A stretch of DNA of 64,000 bases from Gemmatimonadales bacterium (GTDB lineage: Bacteria; Gemmatimonadota; Gemmatimonadetes; Gemmatimonadales; GWC2-71-9), in NCBI GenBank assembly GCA_041577295.1, contig JBFGJG010000013.1, forward strand, positions 1 to 64,000, read 5' to 3'. A program made the position numbers and the translations under genes. The notes below the pieces were generated by a model, which worked only from the letters and a program-made list of their open reading frames with translations, was not told the origin of the DNA and ran no database searches. Position 1 is the stretch's first letter. Each line of letters starts with the position of its first letter. Of the stretch, positions 54,225 to 62,295 are shown one piece after another.

Positions 54225-55147
54225 TGCGGCGGCGCCATTGGGTGTGGATTGGTCAGGCCGCGCTAGCCGTGCTCATTGGCGTGTTCGTCTACCGGGCCGT
54301 GGCGCGAAACTGGGCAGAGTTCCGCGCGCTCGACCTCCGCGTGGATCTCGACCTTGGCCTTGTGGCCGGCGCGACCGCGGTCGTGCTCCTCACGTATGGT
54401 GCGCTGATCGCGGCGTGGCGCGCGCTGATCATTGGATGGGGAGAGCGATTGGCCCTCCGCGAGGCCGCCCGCATCTGGAGCGTGGCAAACCTCGCGCGGT
54501 ATCTTCCCGGAAAAGTCTGGAGCGTCGCGGGGCTCACCGTGTTGGCGCAGCGAGCTGGTGTCAGTGGGTGGACCGCCGCGGGCGCGGCGCTCGCCATGCA
54601 GGCATTGGCGGTGGGGACGGGAGCGTGCATCGTTGCCGTGGCCGTTCCCGGGGCGATCGCGCCTATTCACCTGCTGGTCGCAGCGGTTGCTGCTTTGGGC
54701 GCGATCGCGACGCTCGCGTGGGCGCCGCTCGGGGGCACGTTTGCACGACTGGTGTCGCCGTCTCATACGTTTCGTGCACTTCCTTTCGGTACGGCGGCTG
54801 TCGCCGCGGGTATCACTGCGGGAGCGTGGATTGCCTATGGAGTGGCCTTTTGGCTTCTCGCCCAGGGGCTCGTGCCCGAGGCACCCCTCCAGCTCCGCGC
54901 GGCCGTCGGCGTGTTCGCCGGAGGCTACCTCGTTGGTCTCATTGCCCTCTTTGCGCCAGGGGGTGTTGGCGTCCGTGAGCTGATGTTCATCGCCCTCCTT
55001 GCACCGAGCATGGGAAGTGGCCCGGCCATCGCGCTCAGTCTCGGGTCGCGCCTGCTCCTGACGGTGACTGAAGTCGGTGCGGCGGCTGGGGCCATGATCG
55101 TGGCAGGTCGCAAAGCGAGGGAGATGGTAGATGCCAAGCGCCCCTGA
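54221..55147 (+). CDS. Lysylphosphatidylglycerol-synthase-TM/flippase-like membrane protein
   Basis: Multi-TM; NLARYLPGKVW, APGGVGVRE. Confidence 0.8.
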   Translation: MMRRRHWVWIGQAALAVLIGVFVYRAVARNWAEFRALDLRVDLDLGLVAGATAVVLLTYGALIAAWRALIIGWGERLALREAARIWSVANLARYLPGKVWSVAGLTVLAQRAGVSGWTAAGAALAMQALAVGTGACIVAVAVPGAIAPIHLLVAAVAALGAIATLAWAPLGGTFARLVSPSHTFRALPFGTAAVAAGITAGAWIAYGVAFWLLAQGLVPEAPLQLRAAVGVFAGGYLVGLIALFAPGGVGVRELMFIALLAPSMGSGPAIALSLGSRLLLTVTEVGAAAGAMIVAGRKAREMVDAKRP

Positions 55148-57482
55148 TACGCCGCCGTTCGAGCCACGCTGGCCACTCGCGAGCGCGATGGGATTGCTCA
55201 GCTTTTGGATCCTGCTGCTGTCGCTGCCGATGTGGACCGGTGCCTTTCTGGCTGGTCCATTCAGCGACCAGTACGCTACAGGGTACGCCTACCGGCAATG
55301 GGCGGCCGAGCAGTGGAAGGCGCTCGGTCACGTGCCTCTGTGGAACCCGGAGATCTTTGGCGGCCTTCCGTTCGTGGCCGCCATGCACGGGGACATCTTC
55401 TATCCCACGGCGTGGCTGCGCCTGCTGCTGCCAACCGTCACCGCGATGAACCTCGGGTTCGTGGTGCACTACCTGCTCGCCGGGCTTTTCCTCTATCTGC
55501 TATTGCGGTTGTTGGGGACCTCGTGGGTTGGAGCGGTGGTCGGTGGGACGGCGTATCAACTCTCCGGCGTCGTGGCCTCCTACGTCCAGCCGGGCCACGA
55601 CGGCAAGACGTTCGTGACAGCGCTCCTTCCACTCGCCCTCATCGGGCTAGTGCTCGCCTTCCGCAAGCGGCGACTCGAGGGTCACGCGCTGCTGGCGCTT
55701 GCCGTTGGGCTCGGCATTCTCAGCCCACATCCGCAGATGCTCTACTACATGCTCGTGGCGGCGGGCATCTTCGCACTGTACCTGGCGTTTGGTGAGCCCG
55801 ACAACAGGGACTGGCGGCGAGGGGGGCTCGATCTCACACTCGCGCTCCTCGCAGTTGTGCTGGGGTTTGGGATCGGGATGATCCAGATCCTACCGTTTTT
55901 TCAGTACATCCCCTTCTCGCCGCGCGCCGAAGGATATTACGGCTTTGAGGGAGCCACATCCTTCGCCATTCCGTGGTCCCATGTGCCGGAGTTTTTCATG
56001 GCGGCGTTTGTCGGTTCACGAGAAAGCTACTGGGGGCCTAACCCACTGAAGCTGCACTCGGAATACCTGGGACTTCCCGTGGTGGCGCTTGCCGTGTTGG
56101 GCGCACTGCGGAGCGTTCGGCGGAACCTGATCATCTGGCTCGGTGCAATCGGCCTCTTATTTCTGCTGGTGAGTCTCGGTGCGGGAACGCCGTTCTACCG
56201 CGTATGGTGGAGTGTCATGCCGTTCATGGATAAGGTGCGTGCTCCCGGCATGGCGCTCTACTTGGTTGCGTTTGTAACCGCGGTGTATGCCGCCTTCGGA
56301 GCGGAGCGGCTGCTGCGACGCGCGGGTGAGAAGCACGGCACGATTTGGCTGATCGTCGGTGGGATGCTCGCCGTCCTCGCGGTCATCGGTGTGATCCCGT
56401 CCATTGCAGGCGCAATCGCTGAGGCTATCGCCAGTGAGCTGGGTCGCCCAACCGCGATGCCCGATGTGTCGTCGATCCGCGCGGGAGCGCTGGCGAGCGG
56501 TCTGGCTCTGCTCGCGGTGGGTGGGGTGGCGGTCGCGTGGCACAAGGGCCGCGTCGCCGCGTCCGCGTTCTCCATGGCCCTCATTCTCGTAATAGGAGCG
56601 GATCTCTGGTGGAACGCCCGCGGGTTTTGGACGTTCAGCGACGTGCATGAGACGCTGCACCAGCCCGATCAGGTTACCGAGCGGCTGATGACCATCTCAC
56701 CGCCGTACCGCGTGCTCGATTTGGGCGTGTATCCAGGCGCGGCACTCATGGCCCAAGGGATCCCGCAACTCCTCGGGCATCATGGAAATGAACTCCACCG
56801 CTTCGATGAGCTGCTTGGCGGGAAAAATCAATGGCGAAACGCCTTTCAACCCATCATCTGGGACCTGTATGCCATCAGGTATCTGATCGTTCCCGCGGGT
56901 GTTGAAGGGGTTGAGCAGATCCCCGGGTACCGTCCCATTCTCGAAGTCGACTCCACCGCAGCAGGCAACGGGGCGCTACTATTTGAACGCACGACGGAGG
57001 CACGATACGCGAGACTGGTACCCGCCGCCCTCCGTGCCCCAGACGAGCAAGCGATTCCTACCATCCTCAGCCCGCGCTTCGTGCCGGACCGGGTGGTGCT
57101 CCTCGCGCCGGATGGACCACACGAACCGGCGCCTGTGTCGTCGCTGCCGGCCGCAATCGATGGTGGCGTGACCGTGACCTCGTGGGCTCCCGGCCGAATG
57201 ACCATTCACCTCGCGCAAACGCCTCCGGCAGATTCGTATCTCCTGATCGCGGAGAACTGGTATCCGGATTGGCAGGCCAGGGTGGACGGCCAATCGCAAC
57301 CAGTATTACGGGGCAATTATGCGCTCATGACAATTCCGGTGCCTTCAGGGGCGAGCGAGATTGAGCTGACGTTTGAGAGCGCCGCTTACCGGCTGGGCAA
57401 GAGCATGACGTTGATTGCGACGTTGATCGTGCTCGTGGGGGTCGTGTTGCCGCCGGTGGTTCGACGGAGACGTCGTGACTGA
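55131..57482 (+). CDS. YfhO-like GT-C membrane protein
   Basis: PLWNPEIFGGLPF, many TM helices, C-terminal ENWYPDWQARVDG domain plus terminal TM. Confidence 0.8.
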   Translation: MPSAPDTPPFEPRWPLASAMGLLSFWILLLSLPMWTGAFLAGPFSDQYATGYAYRQWAAEQWKALGHVPLWNPEIFGGLPFVAAMHGDIFYPTAWLRLLLPTVTAMNLGFVVHYLLAGLFLYLLLRLLGTSWVGAVVGGTAYQLSGVVASYVQPGHDGKTFVTALLPLALIGLVLAFRKRRLEGHALLALAVGLGILSPHPQMLYYMLVAAGIFALYLAFGEPDNRDWRRGGLDLTLALLAVVLGFGIGMIQILPFFQYIPFSPRAEGYYGFEGATSFAIPWSHVPEFFMAAFVGSRESYWGPNPLKLHSEYLGLPVVALAVLGALRSVRRNLIIWLGAIGLLFLLVSLGAGTPFYRVWWSVMPFMDKVRAPGMALYLVAFVTAVYAAFGAERLLRRAGEKHGTIWLIVGGMLAVLAVIGVIPSIAGAIAEAIASELGRPTAMPDVSSIRAGALASGLALLAVGGVAVAWHKGRVAASAFSMALILVIGADLWWNARGFWTFSDVHETLHQPDQVTERLMTISPPYRVLDLGVYPGAALMAQGIPQLLGHHGNELHRFDELLGGKNQWRNAFQPIIWDLYAIRYLIVPAGVEGVEQIPGYRPILEVDSTAAGNGALLFERTTEARYARLVPAALRAPDEQAIPTILSPRFVPDRVVLLAPDGPHEPAPVSSLPAAIDGGVTVTSWAPGRMTIHLAQTPPADSYLLIAENWYPDWQARVDGQSQPVLRGNYALMTIPVPSGASEIELTFESAAYRLGKSMTLIATLIVLVGVVLPPVVRRRRRD

Positions 57483-58200
57483 ACGCGCTCTCGTCATCGT
57501 TCCAACGTACAACGAGTCCAGGAACCTCGGGTCCCTCGTTCCTCTCATCCTGGCCCAGGATCCGCGGTTGAACGTCCTGGTGGTCGACGACAACTCGCCA
57601 GATGGAACCGGCCAGATTGCCGACGGGCTTGCGGCGAAACACCCAGATCGCGTCTTCGTCCTGCATCGTGCTGGCAAGCTGGGGCTCGGGACCGCGTACG
57701 TGGCCGGCTTCCGCTGGGCGCTGGAGCGGGACTACATCTACGTGCTCGAGATGGATGCGGACTTTTCCCACGATCCCAAGCACCTCCCGCAGTTTCTCGA
57801 CGCGATCGAGGATCACGACCTGGTGTTGGGGTCGCGCTATCTGAACGGACGAGTGACCGTGGTGAATTGGCCGATGACGCGGCTGTTGCTCAGCTACTTC
57901 GCGAACATCTACGCTCGCGTCATTACGGGCCTCAAGCTCTTCGACGCTACCGGCGGATTCAAGTGCTTCCGCCGTTGCGTGCTCGAAACCATCAATCTTG
58001 ATGCGGTACGATCAAATGGGTATGCGTTTCAGATTGAGATGAGCTTTCGGGCCTGGCGCAAGGGGTTCGGAATTCACGAGATTCCGATTGTGTTCGTGGA
58101 TCGTACCGACGGCGCGAGTAAGATGTCGGGGGCGATCGTGCGAGAGGCCGTGTGGATGGTGTGGCGGTTGCGGCTCCAGGCGCTTTTTGGGAGGCTCTGA
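57475..58200 (+). CDS. Polyprenol-monophosphomannose synthase-like GT2
   Basis: PTYNE, VDDNSPDGTG, EMDADFSHDP, DATGGF, GYAFQIE. Confidence 0.92.
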   Translation: MTERALVIVPTYNESRNLGSLVPLILAQDPRLNVLVVDDNSPDGTGQIADGLAAKHPDRVFVLHRAGKLGLGTAYVAGFRWALERDYIYVLEMDADFSHDPKHLPQFLDAIEDHDLVLGSRYLNGRVTVVNWPMTRLLLSYFANIYARVITGLKLFDATGGFKCFRRCVLETINLDAVRSNGYAFQIEMSFRAWRKGFGIHEIPIVFVDRTDGASKMSGAIVREAVWMVWRLRLQALFGRL

Positions 58201-58207
58201 CGGGGCA

Positions 58208-59029
58208 ATGGACGGGATGGTGGTCTACAAGATGACGGGGTCGGGGAACGACTTCGTTTTCGTGGATGGTCGGGCAGTTCCCATGGCCGATTGGGGTCCG
58301 GACGCGATCCGGGCCCTCTGCGCAAGGGGTACAGGGATCGGGGCCGATGGGTTGGTCGTCCTCGAGCGAGGATCGACCGCCGACGCCGTCCGCTTCCATT
58401 TCTTCAATAGCGACGGCGGTCGCGCTGCGATGTGCGGCAACGCGGCCTTGTGTGCCACGCGCCTGGCCGCTTGGCTAGGCATGGCACCCAGCGCTGGCAT
58501 GCGACTCGAGACGGACTCGGGCGTGCTCCGGGCGCGCTGTCTGTCCGGTCGGGGGCATCGGGCCGAGATTGAGGTGCCCGCTCACGGGCCCATCAGCCAG
58601 CCACCGATCGACCTCGCAGCGGATGAACGCTCCCTCCACTACACCCAGGTAGGCGTCCCACATTTGGTCGTCTGCGTGTCTGATGTTGAGGACGTCGCAG
58701 TCTGCCAACGGGGCAGGGAGCTTCGAATGCATCCGGCGATCCAGCCAAATGGGGCGAACGTCAACTTCGTCTCTGGGCGTGACGGCGATTGGGTGATGCG
58801 GACGTACGAACGAGGAGTGGAGGACGAGACCCTCGCGTGCGGGACTGGGGCCGTGGCCGCGGCCGCGGTCCTAGTTACCAGTGGCACCGTGACGCTGCCG
58901 TGGACTGTTCGCACCGGTTCTGGTTGCGCGCTCAGCGTGTCTGGGGAGAGCACGGGTCCCGATGGCATACTCAACCCGAGGCTGGCTGGAGAAGGCCGCC
59001 TAGTGTTTCGGGCGGTCCTGGTTTCGTGA
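58208..59029 (+). CDS. dapF: Diaminopimelate epimerase
   Basis: GSGNDF, MCGN, GVPH, NVNF, ERGVEDETLACGTG. Confidence 0.95.
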   Translation: MDGMVVYKMTGSGNDFVFVDGRAVPMADWGPDAIRALCARGTGIGADGLVVLERGSTADAVRFHFFNSDGGRAAMCGNAALCATRLAAWLGMAPSAGMRLETDSGVLRARCLSGRGHRAEIEVPAHGPISQPPIDLAADERSLHYTQVGVPHLVVCVSDVEDVAVCQRGRELRMHPAIQPNGANVNFVSGRDGDWVMRTYERGVEDETLACGTGAVAAAAVLVTSGTVTLPWTVRTGSGCALSVSGESTGPDGILNPRLAGEGRLVFRAVLVS

Positions 59030-59149
59030 GGATCACCCCGGCCGGGAGCCACTGTTTGCTTGGTGACATGCGCATCCCGAACAGAGGCCAAAAGCAATAA
59101 GATTCCTTGCCCAAAGAGTTTAGGCGCGAAGGAAGACGCGAATCAACAA

Positions 59150-59158
59150 TTATCCACA
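59150..59158 (+). promoter_or_regulatory. DnaA box (perfect)
   Basis: TTATCCACA, 5 bp from the XerD arm of dif. Confidence 0.6.
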
Positions 59159-59163
59159 CAGTT

Positions 59164-59191
59164 AGTTAACATAACATTTCTTATACGTAGT
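59164..59191 (-). other. dif: dif site (XerC/XerD chromosome dimer resolution)
   Basis: Minus strand ACTACGTATAA-GAAATG-TTATGTTAACT: 11-6-11 layout, XerD arm differs by one base from E. coli TTATGTTAAAT; intergenic between convergent operons. Confidence 0.9.
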
Positions 59192-59234
59192 AGTAGAGAG
59201 ACGCTCTGGCACGGCAGAAATTGAGGTCAGCTAC

Positions 59235-59945
59235 TCAGGTTCCCGATGAGGGTTGGCTTGGACGGAGCTCGGCCAGCCGGACTCGCGCCTCCGTGGCCGC
59301 CGGGGACTCTGGGTGGCTTGTAAGGAGACGCTCGTACACCTGCGCGGCTGTTGCCGTATCGCCCGCTGAGGCGTAGGCTCGCCCGGCGTCGGTTAAGTAT
59401 TGGGCGGCCAGGTGATCGTACCATGCTGCAGCGGCCGCACGTTCGTATGCGGCGCCCGCTTCGGACAGTCGGCCGAGCTGTTCGAGAGCCCCGCCAAGAA
59501 GGCCGTGTGCTGGGGCCTGAAACTGTGGCCGTAGACGGTCTGAAATGGCAGCCTCGAGTTCGGACACTGCGCGTTCAGGGTCTCCGTCCATCAGCCGAAT
59601 CTGGGCCAGCAGAATCGTCGCCTCGTCCGCGGCGACCGTGCCGCCGCGTGTCTGGATGAGCCGGGAAAGGTCACTCGCGGCGAGCGGGAGGTTGCCCGAC
59701 TGGATCGCAGCCCGCGCGGTGCTGAGCGAACGGGCTGCGAACGCCTCGCGGCGTTGCTTTGCGGCGAAGGCGAACCACACACCCAGCGCGGCCACCGCGA
59801 GCACGATGGCGACACCGATGAGGTTTCGCTGATTCGATTGGAGCCAGGCAAGCGCCCGTGTGGCGCGATCTTCTGCCCGAGGGGGCGCTGCTGCCTTCGG
59901 TGGGTTTTTGACCTTTTGTGCCACGTTTCTTCTCTTGTTATCCAT
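59235..59945 (-). CDS. Membrane-anchored TPR protein (YfgM-like)
   Basis: One N-terminal TM then Ala-rich TPR-type helices; alternative GTG start at 59924. Confidence 0.8.
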   Translation of the reverse strand: MDNKRRNVAQKVKNPPKAAAPPRAEDRATRALAWLQSNQRNLIGVAIVLAVAALGVWFAFAAKQRREAFAARSLSTARAAIQSGNLPLAASDLSRLIQTRGGTVAADEATILLAQIRLMDGDPERAVSELEAAISDRLRPQFQAPAHGLLGGALEQLGRLSEAGAAYERAAAAAWYDHLAAQYLTDAGRAYASAGDTATAAQVYERLLTSHPESPAATEARVRLAELRPSQPSSGT

Positions 59946-59961
59946 GACTGCCAGGAGCGCA

Positions 59962-60035
59962 TGCCCCTGGCAGGACTCGAACCTGCGGCCAACGGTTTAG
60001 GAAACCGCTGCTCTATCCAGCTGAGCTACAGGGGC
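59962..60035 (-). tRNA. tRNA-Arg (CCT)
   Basis: GCCCCTGTAGCTCAGCTGGATAGAGCAGCGGTTTCCTAAACCGTTGGCCGCAGGTTCGAGTCCTGCCAGGGGCA folds as a cloverleaf; CCA not encoded. Confidence 0.96.
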
Positions 60036-60089
60036 CAGGTGTAGCCGCGAAAAATAACCGCTGGATCGGTTCGAGCCCAGGCCTCCCCT

Positions 60090-60632
60090 TCATTCCCTTG
60101 GGTACGACAAAACGGTCCAGAGTGGTATGCCGTCGGGCAATCGCTTTCGGCCGCTGAGATCTGCGAGCTCGATGAGCACCGAGATGCCAACTACTTCCCC
60201 TTTGGCTTCTTCCACGGCCTGGGTGGCCGCCAGCAAGGTTCCGCCGGTCGCGATCAAATCATCGACGATCAGCACGCGCTCGCCGGGCTTGATCGCGTCG
60301 AGGTGCACCTCGATCGCGTCCGTTCCGTACTCGAGGGCGTACTCCATCCGGCGCGTCTTCCACGGCAACTTCCCGACCTTCCTCGCGGGTACGAGACCCG
60401 CTTCAAGGTGCAAGGCCATGGGTGCGCCGAAGATGAACCCGCGGGATTCGATGGCCAGAATTGTGTCGACTGGTTGCCCACCCAGGGGCCCGGCCATCCT
60501 GTCCACGGCCGCGTGGAAGAGTCGAGGCTGGAGCAAAAGCGGAGTGATGTCCCTGAAGAGGATGCCCGGTGAGGGGAAATCTGGGACGTCGCGGATCGCT
60601 GCGTAGAATTCTTCCACCTTTACAGATGACAC
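60090..60632 (-). CDS. apt: Adenine phosphoribosyltransferase
   Basis: PDFPSPGILFRDIT, ESRGF, LEYG, VDDLIATGGT. Confidence 0.96.
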   Translation of the reverse strand: MSSVKVEEFYAAIRDVPDFPSPGILFRDITPLLLQPRLFHAAVDRMAGPLGGQPVDTILAIESRGFIFGAPMALHLEAGLVPARKVGKLPWKTRRMEYALEYGTDAIEVHLDAIKPGERVLIVDDLIATGGTLLAATQAVEEAKGEVVGISVLIELADLSGRKRLPDGIPLWTVLSYPRE

Positions 60633-60646
60633 GATATGTGACTCCG

Positions 60647-60659
60647 TAATTACTTGATA
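60647..60659 (-). promoter_or_regulatory. IHF consensus site
   Basis: TATCAAGTAATTA is an exact match to WATCAANNNNTTR; spans the acyP stop codon. Confidence 0.55.
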
Positions 60660-60925
60660 GAAAACGGATTAGATAGGTTCACATCATGTGGAAAAGCATG
60701 CTTTTCCACACTTTCAACACGGGCCATTGTGGGTCCAGCCTGGAGCGCTGCCTCGAGCTGTTCGAGCGCGTCTTCGGCACCCGCGGCCACGATCTCCACC
60801 CGTCCGTCCGGGAGGTTGGTTGCCCAGCCGGCCAGACCCAAGGCCCTGGCCGTTCGGAGGGTGAACCAGCGATATCCAACGCCCTGCACTCTTCCGCGGA
60901 CCACCCATCGCACTGACGGGCTCAC
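60650..60925 (-). CDS. acyP: Acylphosphatase
   Basis: GRVQGVGYR, GWATNLPDGRVE, GP. Confidence 0.95.
   Translation of the reverse strand: MSPSVRWVVRGRVQGVGYRWFTLRTARALGLAGWATNLPDGRVEIVAAGAEDALEQLEAALQAGPTMARVESVEKHAFPHDVNLSNPFSIK
60687..60710. repeat. Perfect 24-bp palindrome formed by two inverted DnaA boxes
   Basis: TGTGGAAAA-GCATGC-TTTTCCACA; both arms match TTWTNCACA. Confidence 0.75.
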
Positions 60926-61620
60926 TGTGGGGGGTTGCTCGTGGCTGGGTCAGATGGCGGTGGCGGTACGGGATCCACCGCGGCCGACTTCCGCCGTCGG
61001 TAGACAGTCACATAGACGATGACCGTGATGGCCAGAACCGGGATCAGCGCGGCAAGGACGATAAATGAGTACCGCCTGACCTCGTCGCTCAGCAACACGG
61101 CGTCGACGCCCGCGATAATCCCTGCGTGTTTGCCGATGTAGAAGCCGATGAGCGTCAGGATGACACACCAGATCCCTGCCCCAGCGGCAGTATAGATGAT
61201 GAATCTATCCAGGCGCATGCGGGCGAAGCCCGCGGGCACGGAAATGAGCTGTCGAATGACTGGAAGGAGTCGAGCCACGAAGGTACTGATCTCTCCGTGT
61301 CGTCGGAAAAAGGCCTCGGCCCGATCCAGTGAACTCTCTCGGATGAGGGCGTACTTCCCGTACTTGTGCAGCACGGGTCGGCCCAGCTTGGCCGCCAAGT
61401 AATAATTGAATAACGCGCCCAGGAGGCTGCCAGTTAGGCCTGAGAGAATCGCCAAGGTGACACTCATTCTGCCTTGAGCGGCGAGATACCCGGCTGGGGG
61501 GAGAACGACCTCGCTTGGGAATGGCACGAACGAAGATTCCAGCGCCATGAGGAGCACGATGCCCGGGTATCCCAGCTGGTACATCGTCTCGGTGAGCCAC
61601 ATGACGGCCGACTCGAACAT
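60922..61620 (-). CDS. DedA family membrane protein
   Basis: ESSFVPFPSE, RLLPVIRQLISVPAG. Confidence 0.92.
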   Translation of the reverse strand: MFESAVMWLTETMYQLGYPGIVLLMALESSFVPFPSEVVLPPAGYLAAQGRMSVTLAILSGLTGSLLGALFNYYLAAKLGRPVLHKYGKYALIRESSLDRAEAFFRRHGEISTFVARLLPVIRQLISVPAGFARMRLDRFIIYTAAGAGIWCVILTLIGFYIGKHAGIIAGVDAVLLSDEVRRYSFIVLAALIPVLAITVIVYVTVYRRRKSAAVDPVPPPPSDPATSNPPQ

Positions 61621-61626
61621 AGAGCG

Positions 61627-62295
61627 TCAGACCTCCCGCTTCTCGAAGCCGTGGCGTCCCACCAAGGGAACGAACAGCGCCTCCCCTAAATCTTCCTCGG
61701 TCACCTTTGCACCGCGCTTGGTAATCCGAAAGAGATGCTGGGTATCCCCGGACTGCAGGGGGATTACGAGTGCGCCACCGTCAGAAAGCTGCTCGAGCAG
61801 CGGCCGCGGCACGACGGGGCTCGCGGCCGCGACCAAGATACCGTCGAAGGGTGCGAGGGTGCGCCATCCCAGCGATCCGTCTCCAACAACCACGGTCGCC
61901 CCCGTGACGGAGGCAGCCTTGAGCGCGGCACGTGCCTCGGCTGCAAGTCCGGGGAGCCGTTCCACCGAGATGACCGAGGAGGCTAAGCTGGCGAGGAGCG
62001 CTGTCTGGTAGCCAGATCCGGTTCCGACCTCCAGTACCCGCTCCTGACCGCGCAGTCCGAGTGCCTCGAGATACCGAGCCTGCGTGGTGGGCTGAGAGAT
62101 GGTTTGGCCGTTCCCGATAGGCAGGGCTACATCTTCATATGCCCGACGCCGCAGTGCCTCCGGAACGAACAGATGGCGGGGTACGGTCGCGAAGGCGTGG
62201 AGTACAGCCAGATCACGAATACCGTTGGCCCGTAGTTGCTCCACGAGACGCGTGCGGTAACCGCCAAACGAGTCCGCTACTTGCCCAGATCCCAT
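61627..62295 (-). CDS. pcm: Protein-L-isoaspartate O-methyltransferase
   Basis: VPRHLFV, QTISQP, LEVGTGSGYQ, GDGSLGW, FVPLVG. Confidence 0.95.
   Translation of the reverse strand: MGSGQVADSFGGYRTRLVEQLRANGIRDLAVLHAFATVPRHLFVPEALRRRAYEDVALPIGNGQTISQPTTQARYLEALGLRGQERVLEVGTGSGYQTALLASLASSVISVERLPGLAAEARAALKAASVTGATVVVGDGSLGWRTLAPFDGILVAAASPVVPRPLLEQLSDGGALVIPLQSGDTQHLFRITKRGAKVTEEDLGEALFVPLVGRHGFEKREV

Noticed and set aside
59150..59197. Canonical oriC unwinding element (DnaA box plus TAGTAGTAG trios)
   Set aside because: The TAG repeats are on the opposite strand relative to the box compared with the B. subtilis layout and overlap the XerC arm; gene and KOPS polarity indicate a terminus. Kept only as an alternative hypothesis.
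59207..59224. Sigma54 promoter TGGCACG near dif
   Set aside because: No GC at the -12 position and no sense gene downstream.
59962..60035. tRNA as an island integration site
   Set aside because: No direct repeat of the tRNA 3' end, no integrase, and flanks are core genes.
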